This document shows positions 19,549 through 29,908 of a stretch of 64,000 bases of DNA, one piece after another. The stretch is from the NCBI GenBank assembly GCA_020348925.1, contig CP070758.1, forward strand, positions 762,469 through 826,468, written 5' to 3'. The translations under genes were made by a program, and so were the position numbers. The notes under the pieces were generated by a model that saw only the letters and a list, made by a program, of their open reading frames with translations, searched no databases and was not told where the DNA came from. Position 1 is the stretch's first letter, and each line of letters begins with the position of its first letter. This DNA comes from Gemmatimonadota bacterium. Its GTDB lineage: Bacteria; JBHIER01; G020348925.

Positions 19549-21229
19549 ATGAGAGGAACGTTCGTGGCCGTAGAGAAGATTCTCTTCTTTGGTATCATTT
19601 CTCTGATTCTGATGTCACTTCTCGGTCACACAACCGCACACGCTGTGGACACCTATCTCGTCCCGGAAAAATCTGTAACTCCTTCTGAGATATGGAAAAA
19701 GACCTGTGAACAAACGCCACAGGAGGCAACGTTGACATTGACACTCACTGGTGCAGGCGATTGTCCCAGTGGGAATCTTGACATCATGCTGATTATTGAT
19801 CGCTCATCGACAATGTTGACCGATTCACGAATAGACAGCGCGAAAGCCGCAGCCCGTGCTTTTATCGATCAATTGCGAGATCAGGATAGAGCCGGTCTCG
19901 TCACCTTTGGGGGTGACGCAACACTGGACAAAGGGTTGACGCCCATGACGCCTGCTGGGAAAGCAGATTTAAAGGCGGCGATCGACACGATTGTAGCTTA
20001 TGGATGGACAAACATCGGGGACGCCATACGCACTGCAAATCATGAATTGGAGGACATAGGCCGACCAGGAGTCGGATGGGTCCAGATTCTCCTGTCCGAT
20101 GGGATACCGAACAGACCCCTGGGGCTGCCGAATCCTCCCGGGCCAGTCGGATATTCAATCATGGCTGCGGACACGGCCAGAATGCTGGGCATACCTATCT
20201 ACACCATTGGTCTGGCTTTAACAATTCCTGAAGGCATCCAGCTCCTTCAGACCATCGCCGACACAACGGGCGCAATCTATTACGACTCTCCCACACCCGA
20301 TGAACTGCGTGACATCTACTTGGACATCGCCGGTGTCATCATCTGCGACGCTGCCACAGACATCGTCGTCACCGATGTCCTCCAAAGCTATATCAACATT
20401 GAGAATGCTTTTACTGTTTCTCCCAACAGCATTAGTACAGATCCGATCACACAGGAAAAGACAATAGTCTGGAATGTCCCCGACATTGATGTCGCCAGCA
20501 GTTGGGTGGTTTCTTTCAAGATCAGTTCAAACGTGGCCGGAAAAGATCTTCCCGTTGATGTCTACGGCGACTCGAAGGTCGAATACACCAGGGACGGCGA
20601 AACGGCTGACACTCTCTTTCCTCAAGCCACGATTGACGTTTTCGAATGTCTCCAGCCCACTCTTGTGGTCACCAAAACCGACGCCCTGTTCAGCGATGAG
20701 GACAGCAATGGTGTCATCAGTCCCGGTGACGTCATCCTGTACACCATCGTCATAACCAATAACGGCGCTGGGATTGCTACTGGAGTTACCTTCGCTGATA
20801 CACCGGATGTCAATTCCGATCTTGTCGTCGGAAGTGTGACGACAAGTCAAGGTACAGTCACCGATGGAAATTTCGGTGGGGACACCACCGTCGGCGTGAC
20901 GATCGGATCCGTTCCAACAATGAACATGGTGACCATCACCTTTCGAGTCACGATCGACGATCCTTTTCCTTTAGGGCTCACCGAAATCGCCAACCAAGGA
21001 TGGGTCAACAGTAACCAGGTCTCTGACAAGCCCACGGACGATCCTGACACCCCTGCTCCTGATGATCCCACTGTGACGCCTGTGGTGGCCGGGCCGATCA
21101 TCGAGGCCGACAAGACGGACACCGATCTCAACGGCGGCAACCTCGAACCTGGCGAGACCCTCGAGTACACCGTCACCATCTCCAACTCCGGCAATCAGAA
21201 CGCCGTCGGCTTACGCTTCACCGATGCCC
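19549..21229 (+). CDS. Secreted VWA-domain protein with DUF11-like repeats (3' end lost in gap)
   Basis: Signal peptide ending AHA; MIDAS DRSSTM, TNIGDAI, LLSDG; K.D...PGD.I.YTI.ITN.G repeats. Track residues after the Ns are not real. Confidence 0.85.
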
Positions 21230-21329
21230 NNNNNNNNNNNNNNNNNNNNNNNNNNNNNNNNNNNNNNNNNNNNNNNNNNNNNNNNNNNNNNNNNNNNNNN
21301 NNNNNNNNNNNNNNNNNNNNNNNNNNNNN
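21230..21329. other. Assembly gap / contig join (100 N)
   Basis: Run of 100 N. Confidence 1.
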
Positions 21330-21559
21330 CTATGCGAGCTTCAGCGATAATTATAGATATTCAGAGAATGAATGAGAAAATTCGCGACTTATACCTATTT
21401 TAGTTTAGTTTGACACTATTCATTCTGCTCCTAAAGTCGGTTACGTTTGAATCTTATTGCAAATCTATAGTCAAAATTTTATTCTTTACGCAAATATATG
21501 TTTCCAGCAGAGGTACGTAGTTCAAGCCGTGGCCCTCCGCCGTTAATGGTACCACTTAA

Positions 21560-22186
21560 TTGGGTTTTGCTCGACGTGCCACTCAGTATAAACAGGCACA
21601 TCTCTTGTTTTCAAACTTAAATCGACTCAGAAGAATTGTAAAGGAGGTGGGACCTCTCCAGGTAATTTATGGGGGAAAAGCACATCCAAAAGATGAAGGG
21701 GGTAAGGATCTCATCCGCAGTATCTATCGAGCTGCCGAGGAGTTGACCGATGATGTCCGTGTCACGTATCTGGAAGAATACGATATGATTCTTGGTAAGC
21801 TTATGTGCGCCGGAGTTGATCTGTGGCTCAATACTCCCCAGAAGCCGCACGAGGCTTCCGGCACAAGCGGCATGAAGGCGGCTATGAACGGTGTGCCGAG
21901 CTTGAGTGTTCTTGACGGCTGGTGGATCGAAGGGCATGTCGAGGGGGTGACCGGCTGGTCGATTGGGGAGAGTTGGGAGAAGGAGAGCAACCCGGAGGGG
22001 GAGAGCACCTCTCTCTATGACAAACTCGAGTATGTGATTCTTCCGATGTTTTACGGTCGTCCCACAGCCTATGCCAAGGTTATGCAATCGGCCATCACAC
22101 TCAATGGGTCCTTTTTCAACGCCCAGCGCATGATGACCCAGTACATGATGAACGCCTACCCAACCCCGAGTCGAATTATTGGTTAA
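21560..22186 (+). pseudogene. glgP: C-terminal remnant of alpha-glucan phosphorylase
   Basis: [45 protein letters not shown]; preceded by in-frame TAA, no RBS, N-terminal part absent. Confidence 0.8.
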
Positions 22187-22207
22187 GTTTCGCAAGGTAC
22201 CATTTCT

Positions 22208-24757
22208 ATGAAAAAGAGATATATTCTTCTCATTGGATTGGTGACTCTTCTTATTCTCCTGATGGCTGTGGCCGTGGCACTGCTCAAAACGTTATTCACC
22301 TCCGAGGAGTTGACGGCCCGGATTGTACCGAAGATGGAAGCCGTCCTCAAGCGGGAGGTTGAAATCGATGGAATCGGGCTGACGGTTTTCTTGTGGGGAG
22401 TAGGCGTGAAGGTGGAGGGCGTGCGGATTGCCAATACAGAGGAGTTTGGATCAGAACCTCTGGCCGGTCTCGATGAGTTTCTATTAAAGGTGAAACTCTG
22501 GCCCTTGCTCAGACGGAGATTGGAGGTCACCAAGATCCTTCTGGTCAAGCCTGACATCAATCTTAGGGTCTCCTTGAGCGGACGATCGAATGTCGATGAT
22601 CTGCTGCTTCTGTTCGATTTTAAACAGGACAAAGCATTCATTATTCCGCTGGCCATCTCTCTTCCGTTGCTGGAGATGAAGGACGGTCGGATCCGCTACA
22701 TGAATGAAAAATCGCACGTCTCGGCATTGGTGGATCACATCGATCACTGGATGAATTTCGAAGCGGACCGGAGCTTTCAGAATGTGATCTCCAGAGGGAA
22801 AATTACTTTTGGAGAGATCGGTTTTTCAGCTCCGGGGATGACCAAAAGACCAATTCAGGGATTGTTTACCAATGTGGAGTATGAGGTCGTTCTAAACGCA
22901 GTCGATGAAAAAGCTGAACTCGAATATGTAAAGTTCGAACTTCCGTTTCTGGCCTTGAATCTGAGAGGTGAGATCAGCAATATCAATGCTATTCCCGCCT
23001 TCAACATTATCCTTAAGTCGGACCAACTGAATCTGGAGAATGTTCTCAATTCTTTGCCGCAGGATATTCATCCACTGCTGAAGACGTTGGACTTATCCGG
23101 CTGGGCACAACTGGAGGCCGATATTTCCGGAGACACAGCCGTTCCCAAAATCACCGGTAGATTTCTAACAAGAGATGTGAAGGTCTCACACCCTGACATC
23201 TCTCAGCCAATCGTCATAACAACTGATATCGATTTTACAGAGAACGCTCTGAACCTCCGAAATTTTCAGGCTGGGGTGGGAGGAAACAGCGTTCGGCTGA
23301 ACGTGCATCTGGCGGATTTCAACGATCCAACCCTGAACGCCCGAGCGGAGAGCGACTTCAATCTCGAGGAGATTGGGGAGCTCTATCCCCTTCCTCCAGG
23401 GATAGTCCTCTCCGGGAAGGTATCGTCTGAAGTCAATGTGAGGGGAAAGATCTCAAAAGCGCAAGAGATGCACATTGATGGTCAGGCAAACGTTGCCAAA
23501 ACAGTGATTTCCTTGCCACGCGTTGCAAAACCGTGGGAAAACATCCAGGGGAAAATCAAATTCAGTCAAAACTCGGTGGATGATTTGAACATGAGTTTGT
23601 CCTGGGGTCAATCGGACCTTAGTCTATCCGGAAAAGTGACGGATCTTCGCACCCTGCTCGTGGGTTCAGGAAAGAGGCCGCGGGCCTCCCTTTTCCTCAC
23701 CTCAAACCTCCTGGATCTCGATGAGATACTCCCCCCTCCTGTAAAGAGCGAAGTGCGGGATGGTGAAAAGACCGGTCAGCCCCCTCTTGTTCCCCTTCCC
23801 GACATAGGAGCGGAGCTATATTTTCAGGGGAAATCCGTGCGCTGGAAAACCATGGACATGACCGGGGTGAGCCTGAAACTGAAACTGAAGGAGCGGCTGG
23901 CCACCCTGGAGGAATTGAAAGCGGATGTACATGGGGGGACCCTGAACCTCAATGGACATATTGATCTCACCAATGCGGAGACTCCAGTATTTTTAGTCAA
24001 GACAAGGATCGATAACGTCGAAGCCAACACTTTTGTGTCCCGATTCTCTTCCTTCGGCCGACACCTTTTCGGGAAGTTAACGACGGGCATCACGTTCGAG
24101 GGGAAAGGCGGAGATATTGAGACCGTCAAACGTTCCCTGACCGGTTCCGGCGGAATAGCCATCAGTGAGGGCACACTGAAGAACTGGACTGTGCTCCAAA
24201 GCCTGTCCAGGTGGGCGCAGCTGCAGGGTCTCGAAGAGATGCGTTTCAAAAACTGGCAGGGGAGCTTTTTTATTCTGAATCAGAGGGTAAAAACAGAGGA
24301 TTTGAAAATACACGGTGAAAATGCTGACTGGAGCGTTTCCGGATCCACTGGTTTCGATGGTTCGCTGGATTACACGGTGGATGCACTCCTTTCACCCTCA
24401 TTATCTCAGAAGGTGAGCACGGGCTCACTTGGAAATCTTGTAAGTCTTTTGAAAGATGAGCAGGGTAGGGTGAACCTCATGTTCCGCGTGAGCGGGAAGC
24501 CGTCAAAACCTAAGTTTGAGTGGGACACCGAAAGCGCACAGGAGAAGGCGAAACAGCGCTTGGCCTCGGAGGCGGAGAAACTGAAACAGGAGGTCGAGGG
24601 TAAAATTCAGGAGGAAAAAACCAAGCTGGAGGAGGAGGCCAAAAAAAAGGCCGACGAGCTGAAGAGAAAAGCCGAAGAGGAGAGAAAGAAGAAGGAGGAG
24701 GAGCTTAAAAAGAAGGCTCAGGAAACGCTGAAGAAACTCTTAAAACCGGGGCCGTGA
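22208..24757 (+). CDS. AsmA-family protein
   Basis: N-terminal membrane anchor, VKLWPLLRRRLEV..I.L.KP, long beta-rich body, G..GFDGSLDY, charged coiled-coil tail. Confidence 0.85.
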   Translation: MKKRYILLIGLVTLLILLMAVAVALLKTLFTSEELTARIVPKMEAVLKREVEIDGIGLTVFLWGVGVKVEGVRIANTEEFGSEPLAGLDEFLLKVKLWPLLRRRLEVTKILLVKPDINLRVSLSGRSNVDDLLLLFDFKQDKAFIIPLAISLPLLEMKDGRIRYMNEKSHVSALVDHIDHWMNFEADRSFQNVISRGKITFGEIGFSAPGMTKRPIQGLFTNVEYEVVLNAVDEKAELEYVKFELPFLALNLRGEISNINAIPAFNIILKSDQLNLENVLNSLPQDIHPLLKTLDLSGWAQLEADISGDTAVPKITGRFLTRDVKVSHPDISQPIVITTDIDFTENALNLRNFQAGVGGNSVRLNVHLADFNDPTLNARAESDFNLEEIGELYPLPPGIVLSGKVSSEVNVRGKISKAQEMHIDGQANVAKTVISLPRVAKPWENIQGKIKFSQNSVDDLNMSLSWGQSDLSLSGKVTDLRTLLVGSGKRPRASLFLTSNLLDLDEILPPPVKSEVRDGEKTGQPPLVPLPDIGAELYFQGKSVRWKTMDMTGVSLKLKLKERLATLEELKADVHGGTLNLNGHIDLTNAETPVFLVKTRIDNVEANTFVSRFSSFGRHLFGKLTTGITFEGKGGDIETVKRSLTGSGGIAISEGTLKNWTVLQSLSRWAQLQGLEEMRFKNWQGSFFILNQRVKTEDLKIHGENADWSVSGSTGFDGSLDYTVDALLSPSLSQKVSTGSLGNLVSLLKDEQGRVNLMFRVSGKPSKPKFEWDTESAQEKAKQRLASEAEKLKQEVEGKIQEEKTKLEEEAKKKADELKRKAEEERKKKEEELKKKAQETLKKLLKPGP

Positions 24758-24861
24758 ACGCTTGCCGTGACGCAAGCCTGTTGTCTTTTCCCCGGAAGGT
24801 GTGATGCTGATAAAAAAAGAGCATTACACAAGGCCACCGCCCTCATTCGGAGGTGAAAATC

Positions 24862-25641
24862 ATGTGTCGGTTTTATGCAAACGTGCTGAGTTGTTTGTTG
24901 ATCCTATCGCCTCTATTCTGCCTGGATATGAGTTGTTCTGCAGAGGATGATCCCGTCGTTGCCGACCGGCCAGGGTTCAGCAGCAGCACGTCCATTGTAG
25001 GACCCGGCCAGGTGCAAATCGAAATGGGATACGACAGGACCCGGGCTGCATCGGGAGATGAAACGGTCGCTCAGACCTTTCCCCTCGTCAATGTTCGAAA
25101 GGGCGTTGCCCCGGCCGTGGAGTTCAACCTCTTCTGGCGCGGCTGGAGCCGGTTCTCAGTCAACGATCAATCGTCAACCGCAGAGAACGACGTCGCGGTT
25201 GGGGTGAAATATGCGATGCATGCCGCGACCGCCCATCATGTGAGCTTCCTCGGAGCCGTCAACCTGCCCACAGGTGACGCCTCAGTCACATCTGACCATG
25301 TCGATCCTACAGTAGGCGTCATCTGGGATTACGCAATGACACCGTCGCTGGGAGCATTCGGCACAATATTGGGAACGACTACACAACCGGAATCCTCCCG
25401 AATATACACCGTCCAGCCCGCCGTCGGGGCGAGCGTATCGCTGAGCTCCGGGCTGTCCGCATTTGTTGAATATTTCTCGATGCTTCCCAGTGAAAAGGCG
25501 GCCTCACAGCATTCACTCGATGCGGGATTCACCTATCTGATGACAGATGACATCCAACTGGACGGAAGCGCCGGAATCGGTCTGGACCGCGACGCCCCGG
25601 ATTTTGTGGGCTTGGGTCTGGTATACAGACTCAATTTTTAA
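24862..25641 (+). CDS. Outer-membrane beta-barrel, MetA-pathway-of-phenol-degradation-like transporter family
   Basis: Signal peptide, ADRPGFS.S...V..G.VQIE.GY, DAGFTYL...IQLD.SAG.GL, terminal F. Confidence 0.75.
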   Translation: MCRFYANVLSCLLILSPLFCLDMSCSAEDDPVVADRPGFSSSTSIVGPGQVQIEMGYDRTRAASGDETVAQTFPLVNVRKGVAPAVEFNLFWRGWSRFSVNDQSSTAENDVAVGVKYAMHAATAHHVSFLGAVNLPTGDASVTSDHVDPTVGVIWDYAMTPSLGAFGTILGTTTQPESSRIYTVQPAVGASVSLSSGLSAFVEYFSMLPSEKAASQHSLDAGFTYLMTDDIQLDGSAGIGLDRDAPDFVGLGLVYRLNF

Positions 25642-25998
25642 AGGCAAGTCTCCTGCCTGTGAGAGCGTGGCAGGATAATCTTGCCTCCATACGGCGCTGT
25701 GAAGGCATTGATGCGGGCACCTTACCATTTTCGAAAATTGATCGCGGAGGTTCAGGTATATACGAACAAGAGAGACATGTCCCGGGGTGTGAAGACGCAG
25801 CAAAGGAAGTGTTCATACGATTATCGTTTTATTAAAGGCTGAAGGTTAGGAAGTACTTGCACGTACATGAAGTTCCTTTAAGTGAATTCCAGGGCGGGAG
25901 GGTGAGTGTCCTGACGAACCGGGGAAAGGGCGGTTTTGGGGACCGTATTCTGAACAGGACTTGAGATGCGATCTTCTTTCCTATGAGACACGTCGTTC

Positions 25999-26133
25999 AT
26001 GGTTATCGTGCTATTCTCTTTGATTGCAAGTTTAGGGCTGTTGTACCTGGGCGCAGGGGGATTGGTTCGGGGCAACGCCGGCCTAGCCCGTCGTTTAGGG
26101 TTCACCTCAAGGGAGAATGTATTCACGCCATGA
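25999..26133 (+). pseudogene. 5' stub of a calcium/sodium antiporter (YrbG-like)
   Basis: Manual translation MVIVLFSLIASLGLLYLGAGGLVRGNAGLARRLGFTSRENVFTP*, resembling the YrbG N-terminus (compare 44658 GADFLVVGASSIARRF). Confidence 0.6.
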
Positions 26134-26261
26134 GATGTTAGGTTTAAAAAGAGAAGAGTATGCCCTTACTGTGGCAGGGAAATTGAGACCTGAGAGAAAT
26201 TATGCATCTCAGCATATTTTATTGCATGGTTTTGAGACGATTCATAAACAGAGACTCACTC

Positions 26262-26290
26262 TTGACACCGCTTTCGTATCTTCGTATATT
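26262..26290 (+). promoter_or_regulatory. Sigma70-type promoter
   Basis: TTGACA-17 nt-TATATT upstream of the SLC13 gene. Confidence 0.6.
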
Positions 26291-26522
26291 CTACTATTGA
26301 TAATTTGGTATTAGGAATGAGTGGTTGTTAAACTTGGTTGTAGTACTATGTTACGGTTTAAATCGATTCTTCGTCGAAGAAGTCCCGTGAACCCTAAATT
26401 TCTCTTTCATCATAATAAAGCAAGTAATTCAAAAGTCAGCACAATAGGACATTTTTGAAGTTATACCACACGAAATAACTCAGAGTATAGTACCCATTTT
26501 TAACTCTTTAAGTAGTGTAATA

Positions 26523-28313
26523 ATGACTCCTGACATCATTCTTGTATTATTGGTTCTCACAGTTACCATTGTGCTCTTCATTTTTGAAGCGTTTCGAGTC
26601 GATGTTATCGCCATCCTGGTCATGCTGAGTCTCGCCTGGCTGAATTTGGTCACACCGGCCCAGGCGTTTTCGGGACTGGCGAGCAATGCGGTCATTTCAA
26701 TCATCGCCGTGATGATCCTGGGTCATGGCGTTGACCGGTCCGGCGTCATGAGCCGAGTAACCCGGCCCATCATGCGCATTGCCGGTTCGAGCGAAAGGCG
26801 ATTGATCGGATTCGTTTCCGCCGTCGTTGGCTGCCTCTCCGCATTTATGCAGAACATAGGGGCGGCCGCTCTCTTTCTGCCGGCGTTATTACGGATTTCA
26901 AAGAATGTCAAAATTCCCGCATCACGACTTCTCATGCCGATGGGATTTGCGACCATACTGGGAGGTACCCTCAGCATGGTCGGCTCAGGGCCGTTAATTA
27001 TTCTGAACGACCTTCTCCGACAAGGGGGGCAAAAGGCTTTCGGTCTTTTTAGTGTCACGCCTATCGGGCTGACATTGTTGGGCGCGGGTATCGTGTATTT
27101 TCTGCTCTTCGGCAAAGCTGTCCTGCCCGCACGAGTGAAGGACGAAGCGGTTGTGAGTCCACAGCAGCTGTTGATCGAGACGTGGCAGTTGCCCTCCACC
27201 ATATACCAGTGTGTCATCCCACCGGACAGTCCACTCATTGGCAAGACCCGAGAGGAGACCAACCTGTGGACGAAATATACCATTAACCTCCTTGCCCTGA
27301 GTGAGGGTGGTGATGTTCAGTATGCGCCGTGGCGATACACGCGTTTTGTTGCCGGGCAGGAGCTGGCATTACTCGGGGCCAAGCGTGATGTCGAGCGTTT
27401 TGAAAGTGAGTACGGATTGCAGACGAGAGAAAAGAAAGAACGGTTCGAGGATCTGCAGAGTGCCGGTCAGGCAGGTTTTGCCGAGGTGATCATTCCACCG
27501 CGTGCTCCTGTCTCAGGCAAGACTTTGCGTCAGATAGCAATGCGTAAAACGTACGGTGTCGAGCCGATCATGCTGTTGAGCGGCGACAGAGAGGTGCGAG
27601 GTGATTTTTCCGATCAGATATTACAGCCCGGAGACGCCATTATTGTGCATGGCCTGTGGGAAAACATGAAAGCCCTGGGAGATAATCGAAATTTTGTGCT
27701 TGTCACTCCCGTCGAAGCAGAGGTGGGGGGACGAGCCAGACCTCTGGTTGCAATGCTGTGCTTCCTGGGGGCAATTGCACTTGTTTTGTCAGGTGCTCCG
27801 CTTTCAGTCGGATTGTTATCAGGCGCCCTGGCGATGATTATCCTTCGGATCGTCCCGATCGATGAGGCCTATAGAGCGGTTGACTGGCGCACCGTCTTTC
27901 TTCTGGGCGGTCTCATTCCCCTGGGCATAGCCATAGACAATACCGGCGCCGCGAGTTTTGTTGCCAATGGGATTATGCAGCTCTTGGGGGGAAGCCACCC
28001 TGTTCTCGTTCTCTTGGCCATCGCGGCGCTTTCCACGCTGTTTTCACTTTTTATGTCGAATGTAGCCGCAACCGTGCTCCTGGTACCGCTTGTCGTGATT
28101 ATTGGAAACGTCTCAGGAATCAATCCCCGTGGATTGGGCATGCTCGTCGCCGTCTGCGCCTCCAACTCTTTTGTTCTGCCGACACATCAGGTCAATGCTC
28201 TTCTCATGTCGCCGGGCGGATACCACAACGTCGATTACCTGAAAGCCGGAGGGATCATGACGATTCTTTTCATGGTGATCGCCGTCGGACTTATATATGT
28301 ATTCTATGTCTAA
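26523..28313 (+). CDS. SLC13/DASS-family permease with two TrkA-C domains
   Basis: RVDVIA, SAFMQNIGA, LGGTLSMVGS, FMSNVAAT, ASNSF.LP.HQVN, PGGY...DY.K.G. Confidence 0.9.
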   Translation: MTPDIILVLLVLTVTIVLFIFEAFRVDVIAILVMLSLAWLNLVTPAQAFSGLASNAVISIIAVMILGHGVDRSGVMSRVTRPIMRIAGSSERRLIGFVSAVVGCLSAFMQNIGAAALFLPALLRISKNVKIPASRLLMPMGFATILGGTLSMVGSGPLIILNDLLRQGGQKAFGLFSVTPIGLTLLGAGIVYFLLFGKAVLPARVKDEAVVSPQQLLIETWQLPSTIYQCVIPPDSPLIGKTREETNLWTKYTINLLALSEGGDVQYAPWRYTRFVAGQELALLGAKRDVERFESEYGLQTREKKERFEDLQSAGQAGFAEVIIPPRAPVSGKTLRQIAMRKTYGVEPIMLLSGDREVRGDFSDQILQPGDAIIVHGLWENMKALGDNRNFVLVTPVEAEVGGRARPLVAMLCFLGAIALVLSGAPLSVGLLSGALAMIILRIVPIDEAYRAVDWRTVFLLGGLIPLGIAIDNTGAASFVANGIMQLLGGSHPVLVLLAIAALSTLFSLFMSNVAATVLLVPLVVIIGNVSGINPRGLGMLVAVCASNSFVLPTHQVNALLMSPGGYHNVDYLKAGGIMTILFMVIAVGLIYVFYV

Positions 28314-28359
28314 GCAGGAGCGATATTCAAGTCTATTCAAGTGAAAGGGGGAGCGTGTC

Positions 28360-29811
28360 ATGTTACTTCAGCATTTTTTTGTACCCAAGATTGCCCATAG
28401 CTCATATCTGCTTGCCGGTGCCCAGACGTGTGCCATCATTGATCCGCGGCGTGATATCGACGTCTACGTCGATGCGGCCAAATCCCTGGATATGAAGATT
28501 ACGCATATTCTCGAGACCCATCTCCATGCCGATTTTATCTCCGGCCATCTTGACCTCGCCGAAAAGACGGGAGCCACCATTTGCGCTCCGAAATCGGCGG
28601 ACTGTCGTTTCGAACACGTTGACCTGGCAGAAGGTGACACATTCGAGATTGAAGATATGGCGCTTCGTGTTTTTGAGACACCCGGACATACCCCTGAACA
28701 TATCTCGTATGTGGTTACCGATACGTCTCGAGGAGAGGAACCTGTCGGTGTCTTCTGCGGTGACACCCTTTTTGTCGGGGATGTAGGCCGACCAGATCTC
28801 TTTCCGGGGAAGGCGAAGGAACTGGCCTCGAGTCTCTAAGAGAGTCTCCATGAGAAACTTCTCACACTCCCGGATTTTTGTGAAGTCTACCCGGCCCACG
28901 GTGCCGGCTCGCTCTGCGGGAGGGCCATGGGCGCCAAATGGAGAAGCACCATCGGTTATGAGAAAAAGTATAACGCCGCATTGCAGATAAAAGACAGGCA
29001 CAAGTTTATTGAGTCTTTGACGACGAATATGCCCCCGGCTCCCGACCATTTCAACCGCTGCAGCGCCATCAACGGGAAGGGTCCCACTTTGGTTCGCACC
29101 CTGCCGAAATGCGAAGCCCTGGACCCCGCGGATTTCAAGAAAAAAGCGAAGGATAAGAATCTGCGCGTGCTGGACATCCGCGATTATGACGCCTTCGGCG
29201 GTCAACATGTTGAGGGCTCGTACCATATCGACTTCGGCGGCAACTTTGCCACATTCGCCGGCTGGGTGCTGCCCCAGGATGTCGACCTTCTTCTGGTTGC
29301 CCATAACGAACAACAGGCCGAAGATGCCGTTGTGTGGTTGCGACGTGTCGGCATCGACAGGGTCGTCGGCTACCATGACGGCAGCATGTATCAGTGGTCG
29401 AAAGAGGGATCTCACTCGACCCACATTGAACAGGTTTCTGTAGAGGAACTTCACGAGATGGTCGGAGGCGATGAGCCCTTCAGGCTCGTCGACGTCCGAG
29501 CACCTGCGGAGTACGAAAGCTCCCACATCGAGCATGCGATAAACATTCCGGCACCGGAGCTGAGGACCCGTCACAAAGAACTCGATCCAGAAATTCCGAC
29601 AGTTCTCATTTGCAGCACCGGTCACCGCTCGAGCCTGGGATGCAGCATACTCAAGCAGCACGGATTCGGGAAACTTGTCAACACCGCAGGAGGCATGTCG
29701 GGATACAGCGCCGCCGGATACGGCGTTAAGTGTACTATCTGTTCCATCCCCCACGGGCCAAATTTCCTGTGGACGAAATCCAGCATGAAAGGCGTCGCAT
29801 CTCAGCTGTAG
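28360..29811 (+). pseudogene. MBL-fold hydrolase (persulfide dioxygenase-like) fused to two rhodanese domains, interrupted by in-frame TAA at 28837-28839
   Basis: ETHLHADF, TPGHTPEH, GDTLF.GDVGRPDL, then LASSL*ESLHEKLLTLPD..EVYPAHGAGSLCG in the same frame; active rhodanese ICSTGHRS. Confidence 0.85.
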
Positions 29812-29908
29812 CCGGATTCCGCTCATATGAGAAAGGACTTGAAAGGGACGAGCGCGGCCTGAACGTTACTGCTTTTTCAATTGGAGTATCAACCCGGAGA
29901 GAAGTTGT

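Noticed and set aside
14362-22207. Functional linkage between arr locus, secreted proteins and transporter block
   Set aside because: Separated by uniform 100-N joins, so physical adjacency is unsupported
17748-29811. Alternative genetic code explaining the two internal stops
   Set aside because: The stops differ (TAG, TAA), replace different residues, and both codons end normal genes here (mobB and arrD end in TAG; arrA ends in TAA)
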